Source of the DNA: Octopus sinensis
Taxonomy: Eukaryota
Reading direction: 5' to 3'
DNA length: 60,126 bases
Assembly (NCBI RefSeq): GCF_006345805.1
Contig: NW_021832573.1
Location: forward strand, 1-60,126
The notes beneath the pieces are model-generated. The model worked only from the letters and a program-made list of their open reading frames with translations. It was not told where the DNA came from and ran no database searches. Positions 1 through 13,153 of the stretch are shown here, in pieces. The position numbers were made by a program, and so were the translations under genes. Numbering within the stretch: position 1 is the stretch's first letter; every line of letters begins with the position of its first letter.

Positions 1-16
1 CTTTCTGCTTTTAATA

Positions 17-408
17 ATGGTTTCAAATGGCCAGCAAATTCGGGGAGGAAGTAAGTCGATTGCATCGATCCCAGTGCTCAACTGGTACTTATTTTATCGA
101 CCCCGAAAGAGTGAAAGGTATAGTCAATCTCGGGGGAATTTGCAGCTGATCGGTTTGTCCGGCGCGGTAACAATTCTGCCTGCTCGCCACTTTGTTTCTG
201 CTCGTAATAATACTTTCTACTATAGGCGCAAGGTCTGAAATCTTGGGGAGGGACATAGTCGATTACATCTACCTCAGTACTCAACTGGTACGTATCCTAT
301 TGACCTTGAAAAGAAGGAATTAAAAGCCGATTTCGGTAGAATTAGAACTCAGAATGTGGAGACTGACGAAATATCCCTAAGCATTTTGCCCGTCGTGCTA
401 ACGATTCT
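17..408 (-). mobile_element. Two tandem decayed tRNA-derived SINE copies (family A, (ATT)n-type tail)
   Basis: Match the family A body seen intact at 409-640 and 53238-53466 (minus-strand gcctttcatcctttcggggtcgataaa-like motif); tail reads tttctactataggcgcaagg on +. Confidence 0.7.
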
Positions 409-640
409 TATTTCTTTATTGCCCACAAGGGGCTAAACACAGAGGAGACAAACAAGGACAGACAAACGGATTAAGTCGATTATATCGACCCCAGTGCGTA
501 ACTGGTACTTAATTTATCGATCCCGAAAGGATGAAAGGCAAAGTCGACCTCGGCGGAATTTGAACTCAGAACGTAACGGCAGGCGAAATACTTCTAAGCA
601 TTTCGCCCTGCGCGCAAACGATTCTGCCAGCTCGCCGCCC
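409..640 (-). mobile_element. tRNA-derived SINE family A with Tx1-like 3' tail
   Basis: Minus strand: A-box-like ggcgagctggcagaatcgtt, B-box-like gagttcaaattcc, central gcctttcatcctttcgggatcgataaattaagtacc, tail gtgtttagccccttgtgggcaataaagaaata. Confidence 0.85.
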
Positions 641-1001
641 TCTGCTAGTGTCAATAATAACTCTTTCTACTCACAAGGCTTCAAATTTTAAGGGAGAGAG
701 CTGACCGATTACATAGGGACCAGTTTTTAACTGTTCTATTATCGATCCTTGTGTCAACGAAAGCGTTGTAAACGAAACTTAGTAGACGTGGTGGTCCGAT
801 ATCTGTGTGTATGTTTCTTGTGCATGGGTGCCTGAGTTTGTGTGTGTATATATACACGCGCACATTCACACACATCTTTCATCCTTTCGAGGGTCGATAA
901 AATAAGTACCAGTCAAGTACTGGGATCAACGTACTGGGATTAACTTGCCGCCGCCCCGTAAAAATTGCTGACCTTGTGCCAAAATTAGAAATAATTGTTA
1001 T

Positions 1002-1365
1002 TGGTGGTGGTGGTGGTGGTGAGCGAAGCGGTCTTCGTCCTCTTGGGAGAAGTCCGAAACGTGGTCCTTTGCTATTCGTAAGACCCTCAGAAGAGAAAGC
1101 AGGTCAACCCCCGACACCGAGAGCATCGACGGGTGGATGAATACGCATCCAGGCTCAGCGGTTGCGTAGGAAGTCGGGGGACAAGAAACAGGAAGAAGAA
1201 AGAGTGAGAGAAAGTTGGAGCGAAAGAGTACAACAGGGGGTCGCCACCACCCCCTGTCGGAGCCTCGTGGAGCTTTAGGTGTTTTCGCTCAATAAACACA
1301 CACAACGGCCGGTCTGGGAATCGAAACCGCGATCCCCCGACCGCGAGTCCGCTGCTCTAACCATG
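1002..1365 (-). mobile_element. tRNA-derived SINE family C (head shared with 23716-24017, different tail ending in (ACC)n)
   Basis: Minus strand catggttagagcagcggactcgcggtcgggggatcgcggtttcgattccc is nearly identical to the head at 23716; 3' part diverges and ends in an ACC repeat. Confidence 0.7.
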
Positions 1366-1525
1366 ATGCTGCTACTGCCGCTGCTACCGTTGCCGCTGCT
1401 ACTATTTCTACTGCTGGAAAAAAAAGCATCTCGGTAGAAACTCCGTCGCTCAAGCTTCCTGTATAACTCTTGTCTAGCAAAGGAGCTCACGATTAGCGGA
1501 ATAAGTGTGTGTGTGTGTGTGTCTC

Positions 1526-1562
<37 letters not shown>

Positions 1563-1841
1563 CAGAGACAGAGAGAGACAGACAGACAGACAGAGTGGGA
1601 GAGGGAGTTCTCAGCTTTGAAATTAATAAAATTTTCCATTCATTAAGATCACACAACAAATAGGCTTTCGGGTAATTTCAAATATGCTGTTAATCTTTAT
1701 TTTAACTTTTATGCTACAAATTTTTATTTGCCCGAGGGCTTAAATAGGATTACCTTATATTCCAATTTATCCTACAAAAAATTAATTAATCAGTCAACAT
1801 TGTAGCACAAAGTTGACTAATTAATTATGTATGGATCACGT

Positions 1842-1900
<59 letters not shown>

Positions 1901-1937
1901 TATATATATATCATCATGATGTGTATATAGACAAATG

Positions 1938-2687
<750 letters not shown>

Positions 2688-3253
2688 TTGTCATTGGCCT
2701 TTCAGACTGAGAAATTTACATAAACAAAATTCCATATTGAAACATATTATCTAAATCTGAGATTGAATACTGGTTTATTTATAAAATACTGGAAATATAT
2801 AGAAGTTTTATATGGAGACGCTTTTGTATACCCGCATATAGCGATCAGACTACTTACTCATTTAATCCTATGTTTTGAGTTTTTCTTCTTTTCTGACGAA
2901 AAAAGAATATTTTGAAATATGTTATTTAATTAAATTTTTGTTATATATTCGTATATTATAAAATGTCTATGGAAAAATATAAGTAATTTAAGCAAAGAGT
3001 TTATGAGCCTGTTTTTGATGAAAAACCGTCTAGACTCACATACTTTTTCTCCAGTGAATATACGTTTAAATATAATATACGTATATGTGTATACAGGTAT
3101 TAAGTATCGGAGGAGATGTGTTTACGTAACAATATATCCGAGATTTAACCAACAATCATATTTAATCATCTACGAATCTATTTTTGACATAAAAGCAGCA
3201 GCTGGAAATAAATTTAATTTAATTCCATACATGTATGTAGATGTGCGTATGCA

Positions 3254-3284
<31 letters not shown>

Positions 3285-3322
3285 ACGTATATATATATAT
3301 ATATATATAAATATAAATAAAT

Positions 3323-3387
<65 letters not shown>

Positions 3388-3438
3388 AATAAATATATAT
3401 ATATATATATAATTCGATACGTATCAGCGTTATATATA

Positions 3439-3484
<46 letters not shown>

Positions 3485-3485
<1 letters not shown>

Positions 3486-4237
3486 ACGCTGATACGTATC
3501 GAATTATATAGCAAGAAAGGTATATACTGACGTGTATACGATTTAACTGCAAATCCATTTAAGTAATCCGTGAATTTATTTTCGACAGAAAACTAAATGG
3601 CAATATTTTATTCAATTCGGCGCATATATTTATAGTATACATAAATACATAAATACACCTGTAATTATATACAGAAAAATACTTAAGTATCCATATATAT
3701 ATATATGATACGAGCAAAACGTCCCGCACCACCGTCCAATGGACGGTGCTGAATCATATCTTTGTTTTCTTTTCATTAAAATATAATTAAGCATGCCTTT
3801 ATTTCAATAAAATTTTTGGCTTTGTTAAACGAAGTTAAGGCAAAAAAAAAAACTTCTTGAGAAAGCAAATAGTCTTTCCTTCCTTAATGCCCAGTTTGAA
3901 GAAAATATCTCTTTTGCATTTTACTTTTTTGGTCTCTTAAATATACTGCATTTTGTGGCATTATTTCAAGCCAGGCGGCTTTTTTTGCGCAAACAGAACG
4001 TGCATTTTTCTCGCGTACTCGTAGTACCGATCGCAACAGCTGATGTACTTACGCGTACAAATGCACGTTCCCACGGCTTTATCGATCGCATTCTCACCTA
4101 GAATCGATTTTTGTAATTTTTTTCAAGACTTATACACGCCCTGAAACCTCTGTATCTACATATCAAATTTGAGCGCAATCGGATGGAGGATGCCCGAGAT
4201 TCTAGAAGACACACACACAGACAGTCAGAACGGATTT

Positions 4238-4276
<39 letters not shown>

Positions 4277-4455
4277 CGATTTTTTTCCCTCTGTCTTCCC
4301 GTCTCTGGATCTCTCTTTCTCCTACGTTTCCGAAGAAGAGCTCCGCTCGAAACGTTAAGCCCTCCTTCTTTCCTTCTTTCCTGAGCGTCGAATAATACTA
4401 TATTTGTTTTACGTCCTCGCGTTGTTGTGTTTTTTGTGCTTTCATGTTTGGATTA

Positions 4456-4494
<39 letters not shown>

Positions 4495-5700
4495 CGCTGA
4501 TACGTACCGAATTATATAGCAAGAAAGTCTATACTAACGTGTATACAATTTAACTGCAAAACCCATTTAAGTAATCCGTGAATTTATTTTCGACAGAAAA
4601 CTAAATGGCAATATTTTATTCAGTTCGGCGTATATATTTATAGTATACATAAATACACCTGTAATTATATACAGAAAAATACTTAAGTATCCATATATAT
4701 ATGAAACGAGCAAAACGCCCCCCGTCCAATGGGCTGTGCTGAATCATATCTGTGTTTTCTTTTCATTAAAATATAATTAAACATGCCTTTATTTCAATAA
4801 ATAATTTAAGGCAAAAAAAAAACTTCCTGAGAAACCAAATAGTCTTTCCTTTCTTCATGCCAAGTTTGAAGAAAATATATCTTTTGCATCTTATTTTTTA
4901 GTCTCTTAAACATACTACATTTTGTGGCATTATTTCAAGCCAGGCGGCTTTTTTTGCGCAAACAGCACGTGCATTTTTCTCGCGAACTCGTAGTACCGAT
5001 CGCAACAGCTGATGTACTTACGCGTACAAATGCACGTTCCCACGGCTTTATCGATCGCATTCTCATCTAGAATCGATTTTTGTAATTTTTTTCAAGACTT
5101 ATACACGCCCTGAAACCTCTGTATCTACATATCAAATTTGAGCGCAATCGGATGGAGGATGCCCGAGATCCTAGAAAACGCACATACCTGGGACGACAAG
5201 TTTATCCGATAAAACATGTAGGAAATCAACTTGGAGCGATTTTTTATGAAAAGCAACAACCTGGGGAACTAAGTAACTAATTTTAATCTAATTTTAAGCT
5301 AATTAAGCTAATTATCGATCGCATTCTCACCTGGAATCGATTTTTGTAATTTTTTCAAGACTTATACACGCCCTGATACCGTCGGTATCTACATATTAAA
5401 TTTGAGCGCAATCGGATGGAGGATGCCCGAGATCCCAGAAGACACACACACACACACACCACACACACACTCAGAACGGATTTTATATAATAGATATTTT
5501 CCGAATTATATAGCAAGAAAGCTTTATACTAACGTCTATACAATTTAACTGCAAAATCCGTTTAACTAATCCGTGAATTTATTTTCGACAGAAAACTAAA
5601 TGGCAATATTTTATTCAATTCGGCGCATATATTTATAGTATACATAAATACATAAATACACCTGTAATTATATACAGAAAAATACTTAAGTATCCATATA
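3485..5700 (+). mobile_element. Tandem array of a non-autonomous Helentron/DINE-like element (about 3708-4245 and 4703-5495) alternating with a ~200-bp unit (3485-3700, 4493-4700, 5501-5700)
   Basis: Direct repeats visible; subterminal hairpin caccgtcca-a-tggacggtg; caaatttgagcgcaatcggatg motif, (CA)n and ttttatataatagat end resemble HINE/DINE elements. Class assignment is inference. Confidence 0.55.
4326..4360 (+). ncRNA. Degenerate minimal hammerhead ribozyme motif (core CCGAAGA)
   Basis: gttt-CCGAAGA-A-GAGC-tcc-GCTC-GAAA-CGTT-aagc; same element as 29576-29610 but U4 changed to C. Confidence 0.5.
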
Positions 5701-6087
5701 TGTGATATTATAACTGCACATTTATTTAATCATTTGTGAGTTAAGCTGGACGCAAAAGCGGTTTAGTAATATTTTATTTCATTACTATATATTCAATCAT
5801 GTATTTCCTAAATTGTATATTCGTTCATGTAATTCTTATATTTATCTTATTTTGATTTATTCATTTAGTTGAGTGTATTTGCATACAATTAGGGCTCAAG
5901 TCGGCATATGTGAGATATGAATTTCATATGCATTGAGATACGACGTGCAATGCTTTATTAATACTGAAGCAATCATTTGAATGTTATGCTATGGCGAGCG
6001 TTAGCTATAACATATTGATACATTTGGGATATATAAGTTAGGTAATATATACAGGGATACATATAGCTGTATATGTGGTAATTATAA

Positions 6088-6133
<46 letters not shown>

Positions 6134-6240
6134 TATTATATATATATATATATATATACGTAAATATGTATGTGTGTAGATAGATAGATAGATACATACA
6201 TACATACTACATACATACATACATACATACAATACATACA

Positions 6241-6454
6241 TATTGGGTTGTCCGGAAAGTTCGTGCCGATTTCATAGTAGCTTACCTTTCGACTTACCCT
6301 TCTGGGAAGAAGGTGTTTTCAAGTTAAAGGAAAGATGGAGACGCATTGTGCAACAAAATGTTTCATATTTGGTTGATTAAAAATGTATTGGCAAGTATTT
6401 ATTGACCTTTTTCTTTCCTTTAAATATCGGCACGAACTTTCCGGACAGCCCATA
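6241..6454 (+). mobile_element. Mariner-derived MITE (internal deletion derivative)
   Basis: TIRs ttgggttgtccggaaagttcgtgccgat / atcggcacgaactttccggacagccca flanked by TA; interior equals the 3' end of the mariner at 44370-44520. Confidence 0.85.
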
Positions 6455-7107
6455 ACACATACATATATTCATACATGCATACATTCATACATACATGCAT
6501 ACATACATACATACATACATACATACATACATACATACATACATACATACATACATGTATACATAGGCACACACACATACACTGACCAACAAATGCGCAC
6601 AAACAAACAAAAAGGAATGCAGTGTAAATAACGGACAGAGTCAAGACTAAGGTTGCAAGACGCAACGGAAATTTTAGGAAAATAAAAATAAGGAATGAGT
6701 GGAAATTTTACCGGTGAGTGTGTTACATTATAAGGCACAAAAAGAAAATGACTCTCCCCAGACACAACAGAATATACTTCAACACACGAACTCACATAAA
6801 GAATCTTGCAGAACAAATCCATAAACGAAATATATATATATATATATACGCATGCACGAACACACACACACACATGTATAAGTATATATATATATTGTAT
6901 ACCATCATGAGCTTTTACATATCTTCTGATTAGTTGTCTTACCTCCCCTGTAGAGGTAAAAGCTCTATTCTTTCGCGATACCTTTAAAGTCAGGGACTTT
7001 TCAGCACCTCCTCATACAGGGTAAAGAGGAAACGACTTTGAATGAGACAAAAATTGAATGTTTGTCTCTCGAGTCGAGTTTCACCCTATTGTTTCCTACA
7101 AGCATGT

Positions 7108-7150
7108 TCTCGCCTGAAGATCGCAGTAGCGTAAAACTCGTGTTGTGAGA
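7108..7150 (+). ncRNA. Degenerate type I hammerhead ribozyme motif
   Basis: Stem I tctcgc/gtgaga, core CTGAAGA, stem II cgc-agta-gcg, GAAA mutated to AAAA, stem III actcgtgt. Confidence 0.45.
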
Positions 7151-7219
7151 CAAATTTGCAGTTTTAATTAATTAATATATATGCATGTAATCTATCTATC
7201 TATCTATATATATATATAT

Positions 7220-7253
<34 letters not shown>

Positions 7254-7419
7254 ATATATCGCCGAATTGCAAAGATAATCTGGAAGTCGACTGAGGAAAG
7301 AAAACTCTGAATGACCCGTCCCTGTTTTCTTTGTATCATCTATCTGGATGTTTTGTTGTCCCTTTTTTGTATCACCTAACTGCCTGGATGTTTTGCGCGT
7401 TCTTTTTCCCATTTTGTAT

Positions 7420-7474
<55 letters not shown>

Positions 7475-7544
7475 GTATATATATATATATATGCTTTCAG
7501 ACCGTTTTTCGAAATCAGTGATAGTGGTTACTGAAAAACATTAA

Positions 7545-7795
7545 ATAGATATTCGCAAACAGGTCTCTCCTCATCGAAAACCGGTGATTACCGTGCGTTG
7601 ACAAGAGACAAAAATCTTGAAACTGCAGTCCGTGCGTATCACTTAGGTTTACGAGAGGGGATGACCTCCCTTTGCAAATATCATAAGAGCACAGAAAGTG
7701 TGCCTAAAGCCAGCTGGAGACGATGATCTCCTGGGGCTAAAAAGCTACAGTAACACCCACCCTTAGTGGTTAGCCATATTGAGATGGCTAGTATA
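7545..7795 (+). mobile_element. Structured HHR-bearing element, copy 1 (probable Penelope-like pLTR or retrozyme)
   Basis: cgtgcg-TTGACAA-GAGA-caaaaa-TCTT-GAAA-CTGCAG-TC-cgtgcg (7592-7636, core decayed) followed by hairpins shared with 9915-10090 and 24870-25125. Confidence 0.55.
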
Positions 7796-8289
7796 CTTTA
7801 CGTATATATATATTTATATATTAGACATTTATATCTAAATGAGGGCTCGTTCGTGAATCGATTAAAATATCGGCGTCGGAGACAAAATATAAACCTTGTA
7901 ACATTTAGTTTTGTCCAGTGTAAGTTTCGTGAAAACAATATATCCATAACTTGCTTCAAATGTTCGACGAAAAGAAAATAATCACGAGACAAACAGCTTA
8001 ATTCTATATAAAACAATATTCTTGACAACAGTATCGTAGCTTGATCGCAGACGAAGAAATGAAACAAAATAAACTTAGTACAATAATTGCAATTCAAACG
8101 TGGAGTAAGGCATTTTGTTAGCTTTGCAGACACACAATTTCAATATTTGTTTTTCTAAATTCATCTTCGTCATTAGATTACAATAATTGTGTGAGAAATC
8201 AATTCATTTTAATTAGATCAATGTTGACACACGTGTGTAAATTGCTTCGGTAAACCACTTGTGTCTCTATACTGTGTCTCTTCTTCTTC

Positions 8290-8308
8290 CTCATCATCAT
8301 CATCATCA

Positions 8309-8345
<37 letters not shown>

Positions 8346-8392
8346 TATTATTATCATTATTATTATATTATTATTATTACTATCATTATTAG

Positions 8393-8427
<35 letters not shown>

Positions 8428-8648
8428 TATCATTATATTATTATTATTATATTATTATGTATTATTAGTATCATTACTATCACTATCATTATTATTATAT
8501 CACTATTTATTATTATTCTATTATTATTATTATTATCATTATTATTATATATTATCATTATTATTATTATTATTATCATTATTATTATTATCATATCATT
8601 ATTATTATTATTATTATCATTATTATTATTATTATTATCATTATTATT

Positions 8649-8689
<41 letters not shown>

Positions 8690-9040
8690 CATTATATTAT
8701 TATTATATATCATTATTATTATTATATTATCATTATTTATTATACATATCATTATTATTATTTTATTATTATTAATCATTATTATATTATTATTATCATT
8801 ATTAATATTATCAGTTATCATTATTATCATTATTATTATTATTATTATCAACTATTATTATTATTATTATCACTATGATTATTATTATTATTTATTATTA
8901 TTATTAATCCTATTTATTTTATTATTATTATCTTTTATTATTATTATTATTATCATTATTATCATTATCATTATTATTATTTTATTATTATTATTATTAT
9001 TATCACTATATTATTATTATTATTATCTTTATGATTATTT
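8290..9040. repeat. Long imperfect (ATT/ATC)n microsatellite
   Basis: Direct reading. Confidence 0.95.
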
Positions 9041-9590
9041 AATTATTTTCCTGTCTCTCTTGGTTTTAATCTTGTTTTCTGTTGACTACCTTTGCTTGTT
9101 TTTGTTTTGTTTTTTTGTTGTTTTTTTTTTGACGCGTATGTTATCATTCCATTCAAATTACTTTCAGTTTCAAGTGTGATACAGTACCTACTTCGAAGTA
9201 CATGTGTGTGTGTGTGTCTGTGTGTATACATGAATTGTGTACCTACGCATATATATATAAACTTATGTGTGTAGATTTATATAAATATATGTTTATTATA
9301 TGTGTATATATGCAAATGTATATATATTTATATATTATGTAAATATATATATACATTACATATACTTTTATGACCATATGTAGGTGTGTGTATATATATA
9401 TATGCATATGTATATATACATATATATATATACATATGTATATATATATATATGTATATATATATATTCAGATATATATATATATAATTAAATATATATA
9501 TATAGATATAGATATCTAGATATATAGATATATACATAGATATAACACACACACACACACACACAACATATATATATAGATATATATATA

Positions 9591-9626
<36 letters not shown>

Positions 9627-9914
9627 CATATATATATTTACATATATATCAATTTATATAAAGAAAGAGAGATACATATACAGATATATAGATATATACA
9701 GATGTATGTACGCATATACACCTATCTTCGTCTTTTGTTTTTGTGAATTCTCCCTATATGCATACATATATATATATATATATATAGTTTGAATTAAAAA
9801 AAAAAAGACGAAGGCTGCTGTGTAAACAGCAAACAGATGTATTAGTTTAACGCTCGGGAAGTGAGAAAGTCTTTTACATTTCGAGCCTATGCTGCTAAGT
9901 TAAAAAAAAAAAAC

Positions 9915-10090
9915 AGAAATTGCGATACGCAGATATTATTTTGAGCTGAGTTGGGGGTGCTAGATTCCCTCGTTCGAAAATATAAGGACACAGATTGTGT
10001 CGTATAGCCAGCTGAAGACGATGTCTCTTGGGGCTAAATTACAGCAACATGAGTCCTTAACCAGGACTGCCATGTTATGTTGGCAAACGA
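9915..10090 (+). mobile_element. Structured HHR-bearing element, copy 2 (5'-truncated inside the ribozyme)
   Basis: Starts at GAAA-TTGCGA-TA (3' half of HHR); downstream hairpins gacaca/tgtgtc, agcc/ggct, agtcct/aggact, tgcca/tggca. Confidence 0.5.
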
Positions 10091-10220
10091 TATTTCATAT
10101 GTGTTTTTGTTTCTCGTTTCAGAGTTCAGCTGAATCTCATTGAGTGACCTAAAGTTATAAACAAGAAAAAATATCAACATTGTTAGCCAGCTACACAATG
10201 CCCTACTCACTGACTTTTTT

Positions 10221-10257
<37 letters not shown>

Positions 10258-11697
10258 ATGAAATATTGCCTACACAAAGTTTTATATATTCTATATATTT
10301 TGTTTGCACTGTGCTCACAAAGCGAAATATTTGTGAATATCGGCAACGGAAAAAAAATCTATTTAAATGAATTTCATCTCATTATAAATAAATTTGATAA
10401 ATATATATATATATATATAATAAATATATATACCCTGTGGATTAAAGGTGTCTGTGTTAGATATTTCACCTCATTTACATTGCTAATGAGTTCAACAATA
10501 ACAACAAAAGAACAATTTCTTACTTTCTCGTACACTTTTGTATTTTTGTGACTTTATAGAATTACTGATTTTATTATTAAATAAGAAATATTCTCCTGAG
10601 AATAAAATTAACCAGACTTGGTTCTTTTATCTACAAAGAATGGAGGAAAACTTTCTATATTTATTCTCTATAGAATTGATATGTGTGTCGTTGGTGTGAT
10701 TGCTGCTACTGTTGTAGCAATGGTGTTGTAGCTTGTTTTTTTTTTGTTGTTAGTCTTGTCGATGTTACTATTCTTAACACTGGTGAAGGGTGTGTGGCTT
10801 AGTGGCTGGGGGTATTTGGCTCACGATCGCAAGGTCGTGAGTTCAGCTCTCGGCGGCGCGTTGTGTCCTTGTGCAATCAGCCGCTAAAGATCTGGTATTT
10901 CCAGATTTTTTTGAAAACGGCCGGTTGCAGGTATCCAATGATACTTGAGGGACGCTCCCCCCACCCAAGTGTCACCTGTGCCTGGAACCGGGCCATATTA
11001 AGACGAACTGTCCCCAGGACCAAAGTAGGGTACTGGAGCAGTTAATACAAGTAGCACCCCTCCTCCTTTGGAGGGAGAGATGAAGGTAGTCGAGGAGGTG
11101 GAGACCTCCTCGAAAAAAGGGGACAAAAGGAACAAGGTGGGCAGCAATGGTTGCCCACCGAAGGACCCCAAAGCTGCAGGAGGGAGGGAAGATGGTGGTG
11201 TGTTTATGTCCCCGTAAGTTAACGGTTCAGCAAAATAGCCCGATATAATAAGTACTAGACTTACAAAGATTAAGTCCTGGAGCCGATTTGCTCGACTAAA
11301 GGTGGTGCTCCAGCATGGCCGTAGTCAAATGACTGAAACAAGTAAAAGAATGTATTGAATACTTATATCTTTCATGCTTAAATGTTCATCTTTTATTCGC
11401 TCCTTTGTTTTCTCTTTTCTTCTTTCACATTATTATATTTTTTTATTTAATTTTATTTGTAGCTTTATATATACTGAACGACACTAAAGTTCACTGTCGC
11501 CATGGTTGTAAGTTTGCTGACGTAGTTCTGCCGCTACTACCACTGCTGCTGCTGCTGCTGCTGTTCTTAATGAATACTAAGTAAACTGTGGATGCGAACC
11601 ATTTGAATCTGAAACTATTGCAGGTTCGAATCATGCTGGAATTACCAGGCTCGACTGCTTCATCATGTCAGTAGCTGGTTCGAATCACATCGAGACC

Positions 11698-11931
11698 TAT
11701 TTCTTTACAACCCACAAGGGGCTAAACACAGAAGGGACAAACAAGGACAGACAAACGGATTAAGTTGATTATATCGACCCCAGTGCGTAACTGGTACTTA
11801 ATTTATCGACTCCGAAAGGATGAAAGGCAAAGTCGACCTCGGCGGAATTTGAACTCAGAACGTAACGGCAGACGAAATACGGCTACGCATTTCGCCCGGC
11901 GTTCTAACGTTTCTGCCATCTCGCCGCCTTT
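11698..11931 (-). mobile_element. Full-length SINE family A (Tx1-like tail) with 15-bp target-site duplication
   Basis: aatcacatcgagacc at 11683-11697 and 11932-11946 flanks a complete copy. Confidence 0.9.
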
Positions 11932-12133
11932 AATCACATCGAGACCATCAATTGTTACATCGCCAAAAGAGTGAAGTAATTGACTTACTACTGACAATGA
12001 GTTTTAGAGAAGCTACAATCAAATCTGTCGGCTCGTGTTCATATTGTCATCAAGCCACCAAGAATATAGTTTTTCTTCTTTTTATCATAAATCCTTCATA
12101 ACGTATATCTCTTTCCTCATTGACAAGTTAATA

Positions 12134-12395
12134 TGTTAGTTAGTTAATTTGGCTCAAAAGCAAATAGCAAGGCCATGTAGGGGGACATGGAGTTAAGTAC
12201 AGGATGGTGTTCATGTAAAGAGTTCAGGCCACTTGAGGTCCAGGGAGGCTTTGAACAAAGCGGTCGTCGGCATCTTCACCATCTCGTCTGGCAGCTTGTT
12301 CCACGGATCCGCAACCCGGACGGAGAAAGCTCCTCTCCTTCGATTGAGATGAAATCGTCGCAGGTAGAGCTTTTCGGAATGACCCCGCAGCCGAC
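12134..12395 (-). mobile_element. 3' end of a CR1-clade LINE
   Basis: LRGHSEKLYLRRFHLNRRRGAFSVRVADPWNKLPDEMV...FKASLD is the typical CR1 ORF2 C-terminus; short 3'UTR ending in (TAAC)n. Confidence 0.8.
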
Positions 12396-12854
12396 ACATA
12401 TGTAAATGATATTGGTTTTCAACGTATTGGACCAGATGTTGTCTAATGATCTGATGGTCCAAGCTTTAAGCTGATTGAATATCAGCCTAAGACGTCATGT
12501 TGGTTTGTGTGCAGTCTTCGTAATAATTTTCATGAGCTTAGCACGCATAATACAAGTCACCCGCTTTCCATAGTGTTTAAGTCAAATGATGTCAATGGTC
12601 ATCTTCGAACCCGAAGGACGAACATTCATTCATTCATTCAAGTAACCGAGAACACAAATATAAATAAAAGCTACAAATATATATATAAATCAAAGAATGT
12701 AAGAAATTGAAAAGGCGATGCGTGGTATACCGTGGTATACCGTGACCCTGTTCAGACAACGTCGAGCAGATGAAGGTGTTATTTGTGCAGGTCTATCGGC
12801 AAAAGTTGAACACTCAGACGTCGTCTTCGACGGGAGAGCCAATTATGTATATAT

Positions 12855-13075
12855 ACTCTTTTACTCTTTTACTTGTTTCAGTCATTTGACTGCGGCCATG
12901 CTGGAGCACTGCCTTTAGTCGAGCAAATCGACCCCTGGACTTATACTCTGTAAGCCTAGTACTTATTCTATCGGTCTGTTTTGCCGAGCCGCTAAGTTAC
13001 GGGGACTTAAACACACCAGCATCGGTTGTCAAGCAATGTTGGGGGAGGACAAACACAGACACACAAACACACATG

Positions 13076-13153
<78 letters not shown>

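Noticed and set aside
2890-2930. ctgacga...gaaa motif
   Set aside because: Stems are only A/T runs and stem I is unsupported.
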